From the NCBI GenBank assembly GCA_964016885.1, contig OZ024740.1, positions 108,810,001-108,874,000 on the forward strand: a stretch of 64,000 bases of DNA. The letters are read 5' to 3'. The stretch comes from Eledone cirrhosa (taxonomy: Eukaryota). Made by a program: the position numbers and the translations under genes. Shown in pieces: positions 49,401 to 64,000 of this stretch. Positions within the stretch are counted from its first letter, which is position 1; the number at the start of each line of letters is the position of its first letter. The notes below the pieces were generated by a model. It was not told the DNA's origin and did no database searches. It saw only the letters and a program-made list of their open reading frames with translations.

Positions 49401-52400
49401 CATAGGCAGTGTCTTTCATTAGAAATATTGTAATGAAAGGGTTGATGACATAGGCAGTGTCATCATTAGAAATATAGTAATGAAAGGGTTGATGACATAG
49501 GCAGTGTCTTTCATTAGAAATATAGTACTGAAAGGGTTGATGACTTAGGCAGTCTCTTTCATTAGAAATATAGTAATGAAAGGGTTGATGACATAGGCAG
49601 TGTCTGTCATTAGAAATATTGTAATGAAAGGGTTGATGACATAGGCAGTGTCTTTCATTAGAAATATTGTAATGAAAGGGTTGATGACATAGGCAGTGTC
49701 TTTCATTAGAAATATAGTAATGAAAGGGTTGATGACATAGGCAGTGTCTTTCATTAGAAATATTGTAATGAAAGGGTTGATGACATAGGCAGTGTCTTTC
49801 ATTAGAAATATAGTAATGAAAGGGTTGATGACATAGGCAGTGTCATCATTAGAAATATTGTACTGAATGGATTAATGACATAGGCAGTGTCTTTCATTAG
49901 AAATATTGTAATGAAAGGGTTGATGACATAGGCAGTGTCTTTCATTAGAAATATAGTAATGAAAGGGTTGATGACATAGGCTGTGTCTTTCATTAGAAAT
50001 ATTGTACTGAATGGATTAATGACATAGGCAGTGTCTTTCCTTAGAAATATAGTAATGAAAGGGTTGATGACATAGGCAGTGTCTTTCATTAGAAATATTG
50101 TAATGAAAGGGTTGATGACATAGGCTGTGTCTTTCATTAGAAATATTGTACTGAAAGGGTTGATGACATAGGCAGTGTCATCATTAGAAATATAGTAATG
50201 AAAGGGTTGATTACATAGGCAGTGTCTTTCATTAGAAATATTGTACTGAAAGGGTTGATGACATAGGCAGTGTCATCATTAGAAATATAGTAATGAAAGG
50301 GTTGATGACATAGGCAGTGTCTTTCATTAGAAATATTGTACTGAAAGGGTTGATGACATAAGCAGTGTCATCATTAGAAATATAGTAATGAAAGGGTTGA
50401 TTACATAGGCAGTGTCTTTCATTAGAAATATTGTACTGAAAGGGTTGATGACATAGGCAGTGTCATCATTAGAAATATAGTAATGAAAGGGTTGATGACA
50501 TAGGCAGTGTCTTTCATTAGAAATATAGTAATGAAAGTGTTGATGACATAGGCTGTGTCTTTCATTAGAAATATTGTACTAAATGGATTAATGACATAGG
50601 CAGTATCATCATTAGAAATATAGTAATGAAAGGGTTGATGACATAGGCAGTGTCATCATTAGAAATATAGTAATGAAAGGGTTGATGACATAGGCAGTGT
50701 CTTTCATTAGAAATATTGTAATGAAAGGGTTGATGACATAGGCAGTGTCTTTCATTAGAAATATTGTAATGAAAGGGTTGATGACATAGGCAGTGTCATC
50801 ATTAGAAATATAGTAATGAAAGGGTTGATGACATAGGCAGTGTCTTTCATTAGAAATATAGTACTGAAAGGGTTGATGACATAGGCAGTGTCTTTCATTA
50901 GAAATATAGTAATGAAAGGGTTGATGACATAGGCAGTGTCTTTCATTAGAAATATAGTAATGAAAGGGTTGATGACATAGGCAGTGTCATCATTAGAAAT
51001 ATAGTAATGAAAGGGTTGATGACATAGGCAGTGTCATCATTAGAAATATAGTAATGAAAGGGTTGATGACATAGGCAGTGTCTTTCATTAGAAATATAGT
51101 AATGAAAGGGTTGATGACATAGGCAGTGTCATCATTAGAAATATTGTACTGAATGGATTAATGACATAGGCAGTGTCTTTCATTAGAAATATTGTAATGA
51201 AAGGGTTGATGACATAGGCAGTGTCTTTCATTAGAAATATAGTAATGAAAGGGTTGATGACATAGGCAGTGTCATCATTAGAAATATAGTAATGAAAGGG
51301 TTGATGACATAGGCAGTGTCTTTCATTAGAAATATTGTAATGAAAGGGTTGATGACATAGGCAGTGTCTTTCATTAGAAATATTGTAATGAAAGGGTTGA
51401 TGACATAGGCAGTGTCTTTCATTAGAAATATTGTACTGAATGGATTAATGACATAGGCAGTATCATCATTAGAAATATAGTAATGAAAGGGTTGATGACA
51501 TAGGCAGTGTCATCATTAGAAATATAGTAATGAAAGGGTTGATGACATAGGCAGTGTCTTTCATTAGAAATATTGTAATGAAAGGGTTGATGACATAGGC
51601 AGTGTCTTTCATTAGAAATATTGTAATGAAAGGGTTGATGACATAGGCAGTGTCATCATTAGAAATATAGTAATGAAAGGGTTGATGACATAGGCAGTGT
51701 CTTTCATTAGAAATATAGTACTGAAAGGGTTGATGACATAGGCAGTGTCTTTCATTAGAAATATAGTAATGAAAGGGTTGATGACATAGGCAGTGTCTTT
51801 CATTAGAAATATAGTAATGAAAGGGTTGATGACATAGGCAGTGTCTTTCATTAGAAATATAGTAATGAAAGGGTTGATGACATAGGCAGTGTCTTTCATT
51901 AGAAATATTGTAATGAAAGGGTTGATGACATAGGCAGTGTCTTTCATTAGAAATATTGTAATGAAAGGGTTGATGACATAGGCAGTGTCTTTCATTAGAA
52001 ATATAGTAATGAAAGGGTTGATGACATAGGCAGTGTCTTTCATTAGAAATATTGTAATGAAAGGGTTGATGACATAGGCAGTGTCTTTCATTAGAAATAT
52101 TGTAATGAAAGGGTTGATGACATAGGCAGTGTCTTTCATTAGAAATATAGTAATGAAAGGGTTGATGACATAGGCAGTGTCATCATTAGAAATATAGTAA
52201 TGAAAGGGTTGATGACATAGGCAGTGTCTTTCATTAGAAATATTGTAATGAAAGGGTTGATGACATAGGCAGTGTCTTTCATTAGAAATATTGTAATGAA
52301 AGGGTTGATGACATAGGATGTGTCTTTCATTAGAAATATTGTAATGAAAGGGTTGATGACATAGGCAGTGTCTTTCATTAGAAATATTGTAATGAAAGGG

Positions 52401-55400
52401 TTGATGACATAGGCAGTGTCTTTCATTAGAAATATTGTAATGAAAGGGTTGATGACATAGGCAGTGTCATCATTAGAAATATAGTAATGAAAGGGTTGAT
52501 GACATAGGCAGTGTCTTTCATTAGAAATATAGTACTGAAAGGGTTGATGACATAGGCAGTGTCTTTCATTAGAAATATTGTAATGAAAGGGTTGATGACA
52601 TAGGCAGTGTCTTTCATTAGAAATATTGTAATGAAAGGGTTGATGACATAGGCAGTGTCTTTCATTAGAAATATTGTAATGAAAGGGTTGATGACATAGG
52701 CAGTGTCTTTCATTAGAAATATTGTAATGAAAGGGTTGATGACATAGGCAGTGTCTGTCATTAGAAATATTGTAATGAAAGGGTTGCTGACATAGGCAGT
52801 GTCTTTCATTAGAAATATTGTAATGAAAGGGTTGATGACATAGGCAGTGTCTTTCATTAGAAATATAGTAATGAAAGGGTTGATGACATAGGCAGTGTCT
52901 TTCATTAGAAATATTGTAATGAAAGGGTTGATGACATAGGCAGTGTCTTTCATTAGAAATATAGTAATGAAAGGGTTGATGACATAGGCAGTGTCTTTCC
53001 TTAGAAATATAGTAATGAAAGGGTTGATGACATAGGCAGTGTCATCATTAGAAATATTGTACTGAATGGATTAATGACATAGGCAGTGTCTTTCATTAGA
53101 AATATTGTAATGAAAGGGTTGATGACACAGGCAGTGTCTTTCATTAGAAATATTGTACTGAAAGGGTTGATGACATAGGCAGTGTGATCATTAGAAATAT
53201 AGTAATGAAAGGGTTGATGACATAGGCTGTGTCTTTCATTAGAAATATTGTACTGAATGGATTAATGACATAGGCAGTGTCTTTCCTTAGAAATATAGTA
53301 ATGAAAGGGTTGATGACATAGGCAGTGTCTTTCATTAGAAATATAGTAATGAAAGGGTTGATGACATAGGCAGTGTCTTTCATTAGAAATATAGTACTGA
53401 AAGGGTTGATGACATAGGCAGTGTCTTTCATTAGAAATATAGTAATGAAAGGGTTGATGACATAGGCAGTGTCTTTCATTAGAAATATAGTAATGAAAGG
53501 GTTGATGACATAGGCAGTGTCTTTCATTAGAAATATAGTAATGAAAGGGTTGATGACATAGGCAGTGTCTTTCATTAGAAATATTGTAATGAAAGGGTTG
53601 ATGACATAGGCAGTGTCTTTCATTAGAAATATTGTAATGAAAGGGTTGATGACATAGGCAGTGTCTTTCATTAGAAATATAGTAATGAAAGGGTTGATGA
53701 CATAGGCAGTGTCTTTCATTAGAAATATTGTAATGAAAGGGTTGATGACATAGGCAGTGTCTTTCATTAGAAATATAGTAATGAAAGGGTTGATGACATA
53801 GGCAGTGTCATCATTAGAAATATAGTAATGAAAGGGTTGATGACATAGGCAGTGTCTTTCATTAGAAATATTGTAATGAAAGGGTTGATGACATAGGCAG
53901 TGTCTTTCATTAGAAATATTGTAATGAAAGGGTTGATGACATAGGCAGTGTCTTTCATTAGAAATATTGTACTGAATGGATTAATGACATAGGCAGTATC
54001 ATCATTAGAAATATAGTAATGAAAGGGTTGATGACATAGGCAGTGTCATCATTAGAAATATAGTAATGAAAGGGTTGATGACATAGGCAGTGTCTTTCAT
54101 TAGAAATATTGTAATGAAAGGGTTGATGACATAGGCAGTGTCTTTCATTAGAAATATAGTAATGAAAGGGTTGATGACATAGGCAGTGTCATCATTAGAA
54201 ATATAGTAATGAAAGGGTTGATGACATAGGCAGTGTCTTTCATTAGAAATATTGTAATGAAAGGGTTGATGACATAGGCAGTGTCTTTCATTAGAAATAT
54301 TGTAATGAAAGGGTTGATGACATAGGCAGTGTCTTTCATTAGAAATATTGTAATGAAAGGGTTGATGACATAGGCAGTGTCTTTCATTAGAAATATTGTA
54401 ATGAAAGGGTTGATGACATAGGCAGTGTCTTTCATTAGAAATATTGTAATGAAAGGGTTGATGACATAGGCAGTGTCATCATTAGAAATATAGTAATGAA
54501 AGGGTTGATGACATAGGCAGTGTCTTTCATTAGAAATATAGTACTGAAAGGGTTGATGACATAGGCAGTGTCTTTCATTAGAAATATTGTAATGAAAGGG
54601 TTGATGACATAGGCAGTGTCTTTCATTAGAAATATTGTAATGAAAGGGTTGATGACATAGGCAGTGTCTTTCATTAGAAATATTGTAATGAAAGGGTTGA
54701 TGACATAGGCAGTGTCTTTCATTAGAAATATTGTAATGAAAGGGTTGATGACATAGGCAGTGTCATCATTAGAAATATAGTAATGAAAGGGTTGATGACA
54801 TAGGCAGTGTCTTTCATTAGAAATATAGTACTGAAAGGGTTGATGACTTAGACAGTCTCTTTCATTAGAAATATAGTAATGAAAGGGTTGATGACATAGG
54901 CAGTGTCTGTCATTAGAAATATTGTAATGAAAGGGTTGATGACATAGGCAGTGTCTTTCATTAGAAATATTGTAATGAAAGGGTTGATGACATAGGCAGT
55001 GTCTTTCATTAGAAATATAGTAATGAAAGGGTTGATGACATAGGCAGTGTCTTTCATTAGAAATATTGTAATGAAAGGGTTGATGACATAGGCAGTGTCT
55101 TTCATTAGAAATATAGTAATGAAAGGGTTGATGACATAGGCAGTGTCATCATTAGAAATATTGTACTGAATGGATTAATGACATAGGCAGTGTCTTTCAT
55201 TAGAAATATTGTAATGAAAGGGTTGATGACATAGGCAGTGTCTTTCATTAGAAATATAGTAATGAAAGGGTTGATGACATAGGCAGTGTCATCATTAGAA
55301 ATATTGTACTGAATGGATTAATGACATAGGCAGTGTCTTTCATTAGAAATATTGTAATGAAAGGGTTGATGACACAGGCAGTGTCTTTCATTAGAAATAT

Positions 55401-56950
55401 TGTACTGAAAGGGTTGATGACATAGGCAGTGTGATCATTAGAAATATAGTAATGAAAGGGTTGATGACATAGGCTGTGTCTTTCATTAGAAATATTGTAC
55501 TGAATGGATTAATGACATAGGCAGTGTCTTTCCTTAGAAATATAGTAATGAAAGGGTTGATGACATAGGCAGTGTCTTTCATTAGAAATATTGTAATGAA
55601 AGGGTTGATGACATAGGCTGTGTCTTTCATTAGAAATATTGTACTGAAAGGGTTGATGACATAGGCAGTGTCATCATTAGAAATATAGTAATGAAAGGGT
55701 TGATTACATAGGCAGTGTCTTTCATTAGAAATATTGTACTGAAAGGGTTGATGACATAGGCAGTGTCATCATTAGAAATATAGTAATGAAAGGGTTGATG
55801 ACATAGGCAGTGTCTTTCATTAGAAATATTGTACTGAAAGGGTTGATGACATAAGCAGTGTCATCATTAGAAATATAGTAATGAAAGGGTTGATAACATA
55901 GGCAGTGTCTTTCATTAGAAATATTGTACTGAAAGGGTTGATGACATAGGCAGTGTCATCATTAGAAATATAGTAATGAAAGGGTTGATGACATAGGCAG
56001 TGTCTTTCATTAGAAATATAGTAATGAAAGTGTTGATGACATAGGCTGTGTCTTTCATTAGAAATATTGTACTAAATGGATTAATGACATAGGCAGTATC
56101 ATCATTAGAAATATAGTAATGAAAGGGTTGATGACATAGGCAGTGTCATCATTAGAAATATAGTAATGAAAGGGTTGATGACATAGGCAGTGTCTTTCAT
56201 TAGAAATATAGTAATGAAAGGGTTGATGACATAGGCAGTGTCTTTCATTAGAAATATTGTAATGAAAGGGTTGATGACATAGGCAGTGTCTTTCATTAGA
56301 AATATTGTAATGAAAGGGTTGATGACATAGGCAGTGTCTTTCATTAGAAATATAGTAATGAAAGGGTTGATGACATAGGCAGTGTCTTTCATTAGAAATA
56401 TTGTAATGAAAGGGTTGATGACATAGGCAGTGTCTTTCATTAGAAATATTGTAATGAAAGGGTTGATGACATAGGCAGTGTCTTTCATTAGAAATATAGT
56501 AATGAAAGGGTTGATGACATAGGCAGTGTCATCATTAGAAATATAGTAATGAAAGGGTTGATGACATAGGCAGTGTCTTTCATTAGAAATATTGTAATGA
56601 AAGGGTTGATGACATAGGCAGTGTCTTTCATTAGAAATATTGTAATGAAAGGGTTGATGACATAGGCAGTGTCTTTCATTAGAAATATTGTAATGAAAGG
56701 GTTGATGACATAGGCAGTGTCTTTCATTAGAAATATTGTAATGAAAGGGTTGATGACATAGGCAGTGTCTTTCATTAGAAATATTGTAATGAAAGGGTTG
56801 ATGACATAGGCAGTGTCATCATTAGAAATATAGTAATGAAAGGGTTGATGACATAGGCAGTGTCTTTCATTAGAAATATAGTACTGAAAGGGTTGATGAC
56901 ATAGGCAGTGTCTTTCATTAGAAATATTGTAATGAAAGGGTTGATGACAT
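46450..56950. repeat. Satellite block duplications, offsets 7,643 bp and nested 2,340 bp
   Basis: Pairs 46505/54148, 47205/54848, 47748/55391, 48462/56105, 49132/56775 (offset 7643) and 46505/48845, 47205/49545 (offset 2340). Boundaries approximate. Confidence 0.82.
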
Positions 56951-57779
56951 AGGCAGTGTCTTTCATTAGAAATATTGTAATGAAAGGGTTGATGACATAG
57001 GCAGTGTCATCATTAGAAATATAGTAATGAAAGGGTTGATGACATAGGCAGTGTCTTTCATTAGAAATATAGTACTGAAAGGGTTGATGACTTAGGCAGT
57101 CTCTTTCATTAGAAATATAGTAATGAAAGGGTTGATGACATAGGCAGTGTCTGTCATTAGAAATATTGTAATGAAAGGGTTGATGACATAGGCAGTGTCT
57201 TTCATTAGAAATATTGTAATGAAAGGGTTGATGACATAGGCAGTGTCTTTCATTAGAAATATAGTAATGAAAGGGTTGATGACATAGGCAGTGTCTTTCA
57301 TTAGAAATATTGTAATGAAAGGGTTGATGACATAGGCAGTGTCTTTCATTAGAAATATAGTAATGAAAGGGTTGATGACATAGGCTGTGTCTTTCATTAG
57401 AAATATTGTACTGAATGGATTAATGACATAGGCAGTGTCTTTCCTTAGAAATATAGTAATGAAAGGGTTGATGACATAGGCAGTGTCTTTCATTAGAAAT
57501 ATTGTAATGAAAGGGTTGATGACATAGGCTGTGTCTTTCATTAGAAATATTGTACTGAAAGGGTTGATGACATAGGCAGTGTCATCATTAGAAATATAGT
57601 AATGAAAGGGTTGATTACATAGGCAGTGTCTTTCATTAGAAATATTGTACTGAAAGGGTTGATGACATAGGCAGTGTCATCATTAGAAATATAGTAATGA
57701 AAGGGTTGATGACATAGGCAGTGTCTTTCATTAGAAATATTGTACTGAAAGGGTTGATGACATAAGCAGTGTCATCATT

Positions 57780-60700
57780 AGAAATATAGTAATGAAAGGG
57801 TTGATTACATAGGCAGTGTCTTTCATTAGAAATATTGTACTGAAAGGGTTGATGACATAGGCAGTGTCATCATTAGAAATATAGTAATGAAAGGGTTGAT
57901 GACATAGGCAGTGTCTTTCATTAGAAATATAGTAATGAAAGTGTTGATGACATAGGCTGTGTCTTTCATTAGAAATATTGTACTAAATGGATTAATGACA
58001 TAGGCAGTATCATCATTAGAAATATAGTAATGAAAGGGTTGATGACATAGGCAGTGTCATCATTAGAAATATAGTAATGAAAGGGTTGATGACATAGGCA
58101 GTGTCTTTCATTAGAAATATTGTAATGAAAGGGTTGATGACATAGGCAGTGTCTTTCATTAGAAATATTGTAATGAAAGGGTTGATGACATAGGCAGTGT
58201 CATCATTAGAAATATAGTAATGAAAGGGTTGATGACATAGGCAGTGTCTTTCATTAGAAATATAGTACTGAAAGGGTTGATGACATAGGCAGTGTCTTTC
58301 ATTAGAAATATAGTAATGAAAGGGTTGATGACATAGGCAGTGTCTTTCATTAGAAATATAGTAATGAAAGGGTTGATGACATAGGCAGTGTCATCATTAG
58401 AAATATAGTAATGAAAGGGTTGATGACATAGGCAGTGTCATCATTAGAAATATAGTAATGAAAGGGTTGATGACATAGGCAGTGTCTTTCATTAGAAATA
58501 TAGTAATGAAAGGGTTGATGACATAGGCAGTGTCATCATTAGAAATATTGTACTGAATGGATTAATGACATAGGCAGTGTCTTTCATTAGAAATATTGTA
58601 ATGAAAGGGTTGATGACACAGGCAGTGTCTTTCATTAGAAATATTGTACTGAAAGGGTTGATGACATAGGCAGTGTGATCATTAGAAATATAGTAATGAA
58701 AGGGTTGATGACATAGGCTGTGTCTTTCATTAGAAATATTGTACTGAAAGGGTTGATGGCATAGGCAGTGTCATCATTAGAAATATAGTAATGAAAGGGT
58801 TGATGACATAGGCAGTGTCTTTCATTAGAAATATAGTAATGAAAGGGTTGATGACACAGGCTGTGTCTTTCATTAGAAACATTGTACTGAATGGATTAAT
58901 GACATAGGCAGTATCATCATTAGAAATATAGTAATGAAAGGGTTGATGACATAGGCAGTGTCATCATTAGAAATATAGTAATGAAAGGGTTGATGACATA
59001 GGCAGTGTCTTTCATTAGAAATATTGTAATGAAAGGGTTGATGACATAGGCAGTGTCTTTCATTAGAAATATTGTAATGAAAGGGTTGATGACATAGGCA
59101 GTGTCATCATTAGAAATATAGTAATGAAAGGGTTGATGACATAGGCAGTGTCTTTCATTAGAAATATAGTACTGAAAGGGTTGATGACATAGGCAGTGTC
59201 TTTCGTTAGAAATATAGTAATGAAAGGGTTGATGACATAGGCAGTGTCTTTCATTAGAAATATAGTAATGAAAGGGTTGATGACATAGGCAGTGTCTTTC
59301 ATTAGAAATATAGTAATGAAAGGGTTGATGACATAGGCAGTGTCTTTCATTAGAAATATTGTAATGAAAGGGTTGATGACATAGGCAGTGTCTTTCATTA
59401 GAAATATTGTAATGAAAGGGTTGATGACATAGGCAGTGTCTTTCATTAGAAATATTGTACTGAATGGATTAATGACATAGGCAGTATCATCATTAGAAAT
59501 ATAGTAATGAAAGGGTTGATGACATAGGCAGTGTCATCATTAGAAATATAGTAATGAAAGGGTTGATGACATAGGCAGTGTCTTTCATTAGAAATATTGT
59601 AATGAAAGGGTTGATGACATAGGCAGTGTCTTTCATTAGAAATATTGTAATGAAAGGGTTGATGACATAGGCAGTGTCTTTCATTAGAAATATTGTAATG
59701 AAAGGGTTGATGACATAAGCAGTGTCTTTCATTAGAAATATTGTAATGAAAGGGTTGATGACATAGGCTGTGTCTTTCATTAGAAATATTGTACTGAATG
59801 GATTAATGACATAGGCAGTATCATCATTAGAAATATAGTAATGAAAGGGTTGATGACATAGGCAGTGTCATCATTAGAAATATAGTAATGAAAGGGTTGA
59901 TGACATAGGCAGTGTCTTTCATTAGAAATATTGTAATGAAAGGGTTGATGAAATAGGCAGTGTCTTTCATTAGAAATATTGTAATGAAAGGGTTGATGAC
60001 ATAGGCAGTGTCATCATTAGAAATATAGTAATGAAAGGGTTGATGACATAGGCAGTGTCTTTCATTAGAAATATAGTACTGAAAGGGTTGATGACATAGG
60101 CAGTGTCTTTCATTAGAAATATAGTAATGAAAGGGTTGATGACATAGGCAGTGTCTTTCATTAGAAATATAGTAATGAAAGGGTTGATGACATAGGCAGT
60201 GTCTTTCATTAGAAATATAGTAATGAAAGGGTTGATGACATAGGCAGTGTCTTTCATTAGAAATATAGTAATGAAAGGGTTGATGACATAGGCAGTGTCT
60301 TTCATTAGAAATATTGTAATGAAAGGGTTGATGACATAGGCAGTGTCTTTCATTAGAAATATTGTAATGAAAGGGTTGATGACATAGGCAGTGTCTTTCA
60401 TTAGAAATATAGTAATGAAAGGGTTGATGACATAGGCAGTGTCTGTCATTAGAAATATTGTAATGAAAGGGTTGATGACATAGGCAGTGTCTTTCATTAG
60501 AAATATTGTAATGAAAGGGTTGATGACATAGGCAGTGTCTTTCATTAGAAATATAGTAATGAAAGGGTTGATGACATAGGCAGTGTCATCATTAGAAATA
60601 TAGTAATGAAAGGGTTGATGACATAGGCAGTGTCATCATTAGAAATATAGTAATGAAAGGGTTGATGACATAGGCAGTGTCTTTCATTAGAAATATAGTA

Positions 60701-63310
60701 ATGAAAGGGTTGATGACATAGGCAGTGTCATCATTAGAAATATTGTACTGAATGGATTAATGACATAGGCAGTGTCTTTCATTAGAAATATTGTAATGAA
60801 AGGGTTGATGACACAGGCAGTGTCTTTCATTAGAAATATTGTACTGAAAGGGTTGATGACATAGGCAGTGTGATCATTAGAAATATAGTAATGAAAGGGT
60901 TGATGACATAGGCTGTGTCTTTCATTAGACATATTGTACTGAATGGATTAATGACATAGGCAGTGTCTTTCCTTAGAAATATAGTAATGAAAGGGTTGAT
61001 GACATAGGCAGTGTCTTTTATTAGAAATATTGTAATGAAAGGGTTGATGACATAGGCAGTGTCATCATTAGAAATATAGTAATGAAAGGGTTGATGACAT
61101 AGGCAGTGTCTTTCATTAGAAATATTGTACTGAAAGGGTTGATGGCATAGGCAGTGTCATCATTAGAAATATAGTAATGAAAGGGTTGATGACATAGGCA
61201 GTGTCTTTCATTAGAAATATAGTAATGAAAGGGTTGATGACACAGGCTGTGTCTTTCATTAGAAATATTGTACTGAATGGATTAATGACATAGGCAGTGT
61301 CTTTCCTTAGAAATATAGTAATGAAAGGGTTGATGACATAGGCAGTGTCTTTCATTAGAAATATTGTACTGAAAGGGTTGATGACATAGGCTGTGTCTTT
61401 CATTAGAAATATTGTACTGAAAGGGTTGATGACATAGGCAGTGTCATCATTAGAAATATAGTAATGAAAGGGTTGATTACATAGGCAGTGTCTTTCATTA
61501 GAAATATTGTACTGAAAGGGTTGATGACATAGGCAGTGTCATCATTAGAAATATAGTAATGAAAGGGTTGATGACATAGGCAGTGTCTTTCATTAGAAAT
61601 ATAGTAATGAAAGTGTTGATGACATAGGCTGTGTCTTTCATTAGAAATATTGTACTAAATGGATTAATGACATAGGCAGTATCATCATTAGAAATATAGT
61701 AATGAAAGGGTTGATGACATAGGCAGTGTCATCATTAGAAATATAGTAATGAAAGGGTTGATGACATAGGCAGTGTCTTTCATTAGAAATATTGTAATGA
61801 AAGGGTTGATGACATAGGCAGTGTCTTTCATTAGAAATATTGTAATGAAAGGGTTGATGACATAGGCAGTGTCATCATTAGAAATATAGTAATGAAAGGG
61901 TTGATGACATAGGCAGTGTCTTTCATTAGAAATATAGTACTGAAAGGGTTGATGACATAGGCAGTGTCTTTCATTAGAAATATAGTAATGAAAGGGTTGA
62001 TGACATAGGCAGTGTCTTTCATTAGAAATATAGTAATGAAAGGGTTGATGACATAGGCAGTGTCATCATTAGAAATATAGTAATGAAAGGGTTGATGACA
62101 TAGGCAGTGTCATCATTAGAAATATAGTAATGAAAGGGTTGATGACATAGGCAGTGTCTTTCATTAGAAATATAGTAATGAAAGGGTTGATGACATAGGC
62201 AGTGTCATCATTAGAAATATTGTACTGAATGGATTAATGACATAGGCAGTGTCTTTCATTAGAAATATTGTAATGAAAGGGTTGATGACACAGGCAGTGT
62301 CTTTCATTAGAAATATTGTACTGAAAGGGTTGATGACATAGGCAGTGTGATCATTAGAAATATAGTAATGAAAGGGTTGATGACATAGGCTGTGTCTTTC
62401 ATTAGAAATATTGTACTGAAAGGGTTGATGGCATAGGCAGTGTCATCATTAGAAATATAGTAATGAAAGGGTTGATGACATAGGCAGTGTCTTTCATTAG
62501 AAATATAGTAATGAAAGGGTTGATGACACAGGCTGTGTCTTTCATTAGAAACATTGTACTGAATGGATTAATGACATAGGCAGTATCATCATTAGAAATA
62601 TAGTAATGAAAGGGTTGATGACATAGGCAGTGTCATCATTAGAAATATAGTAAAGAAAGGGTTGATGACATAGGCAGTGTCTTTCATTAGAAATATTGTA
62701 ATGAAAGGGTTGATGACATAGGCAGTGTCTTTCATTAGAAATATTGTAATGAAAGGGTTGATGACATAGGCAGTGTCATCATTAGAAATATAGTAATGAA
62801 AGGGTTGATGACATAGGCAGTGTCTTTCATTAGAAATATAGTACTGAAAGGGTTGATGACATAGGCAGTGTCTTTCGTTAGAAATATAGTAATGAAAGGG
62901 TTGATGACATAGGCAGTGTCTTTCATTAGAAATATAGTAATGAAAGGGTTGATGACATAGGCAGTGTCTTTCATTAGAAATATAGTAATGAAAGGGTTGA
63001 TGACATAGGCAGTGTCTTTCATTAGAAATATTGTAATGAAAGGGTTGATGACATAGGCAGTGTCTTTCATTAGAAATATTGTAATGAAAGGGTTGATGAC
63101 ATAGGCAGTGTCTTTCATTAGAAATATTGTACTGAATGGATTAATGACATAGGCAGTATCATCATTAGAAATATAGTAATGAAAGGGTTGATGACATAGG
63201 CAGTGTCATCATTAGAAATATAGTAATGAAAGGGTTGATGACATAGGCAGTGTCTTTCATTAGAAATATTGTAATGAAAGGGTTGATGACATAGGCAGTG
63301 TCTTTCATTA
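57780..63310. repeat. Satellite block duplication, offset 3,672 bp
   Basis: Pairs 58159/61831, 59063/62735, 59493/63165, with shared rare variants GATGGC, AGAAACAT and TTTCGTT. Boundaries approximate. Confidence 0.82.
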
Positions 63311-64000
63311 GAAATATTGTAATGAAAGGGTTGATGACATAGGCAGTGTCTTTCATTAGAAATATTGTACTGAATGGATTAATGACATAGGCAGTATCAT
63401 CATTAGAAATATAGTAATGAAAGGGTTGATGACATAGGCAGTGTCATCATTAGAAATATAGTAATGAAAGGGTTGATGACATAGGCAGTGTCTTTCATTA
63501 GAAATATTGTAATGAAAGGGTTGATGAAATAGGCAGTGTCTTTCATTAGAAATATTGTAATGAAAGGGTTGATGACATAGGCAGTGTCATCATTAGAAAT
63601 ATAGTAATGAAAGGGTTGATGACATAGGCAGTGTCTTTCATTAGAAATATAGTACTGAAAGGGTTGATGACATAGGCAGTGTCTTTCATTAGAAATATAG
63701 TAATGAAAGGGTTGATGACATAGGCAGTGTCTTTCATTAGAAATATAGTAATGAAAGGGTTGATGACATAGGCAGTGTCTTTCATTAGAAATATAGTAAT
63801 GAAAGGGTTGATGACATAGGCAGTGTCTTTCATTAGAAATATAGTAATGAAAGGGTTGATGACATAGGCAGTGTCTTTCATTAGAAATATTGTAATGAAA
63901 GGGTTGATGACATAGGCAGTGTCTTTCATTAGAAATATTGTAATGAAAGGGTTGATGACATAGGCAGTGTCTTTCATTAGAAATATAGTAATGAAAGGGT

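Larger units (their letters stand above)
17678..64000. repeat. 48-bp tandem satellite array, right of the retrotransposon (continues beyond window end)
   Basis: The satellite resumes at GATGACATAGGCTGTGTC (17678) in the same orientation and runs uninterrupted to the window end, with a mix of 48- and 47-bp monomers. Confidence 0.99.

Noticed and set aside
57-63977. More than 100 minus-strand ORFs of (MKDTAYVINPFITIFL)n as protein-coding genes
   Set aside because: They are translations of a 48-bp unit that is divisible by 3 and stop-free in that frame. They are constantly broken by 47-bp monomers and nonsense variants, so frame is not preserved, and there is no unique N- or C-terminal sequence.
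1-64000. CRISPR array (palindromic repeats at regular spacing)
   Set aside because: There are no unique spacers and no cas genes. Monomers abut directly and the context is eukaryotic.

Overview
This looks like eukaryotic heterochromatic DNA. About 58.3 kb is one head-to-tail array of a 48-bp satellite (about 1,200 monomers, about 33% GC, no CpG in the consensus CATTAGAAATATAGTAATGAAAGGGTTGATGACATAGGCAGTGTCTTT). The array is interrupted once, at about 11959-17677, by an apparently full-length 5.7-kb non-LTR retrotransposon on the minus strand (L1 group, Tx1-like). The element has a 5' UTR, an ORF1 with a CCHC knuckle that is probably split by a +1 frameshift, an intact APE-RT-zinc-finger ORF2, and a structured 3' UTR. 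The many 'MKDTAYVINPFITIFL' ORFs are translations of the satellite and are not genes. Main points of interest: (1) each monomer carries a 9-10-bp inverted repeat, and the LINE sits in the loop of one, with a 14-bp target deletion, no TSD, no poly(A) tail and fold-back symmetry at both junctions; (2) two tandem pseudoknot-type motifs and twin hairpins in the LINE 3' UTR; (3) ORF1 and ORF2 lie in frame, separated by one TAA that overlaps a consensus splice donor; (4) satellite variants look templated by the monomer's own palindromes; (5) nested 2-10-kb duplications and a left-to-right turnover of variants. Duplication boundaries were estimated by eye and are approximate. No database searches were run.
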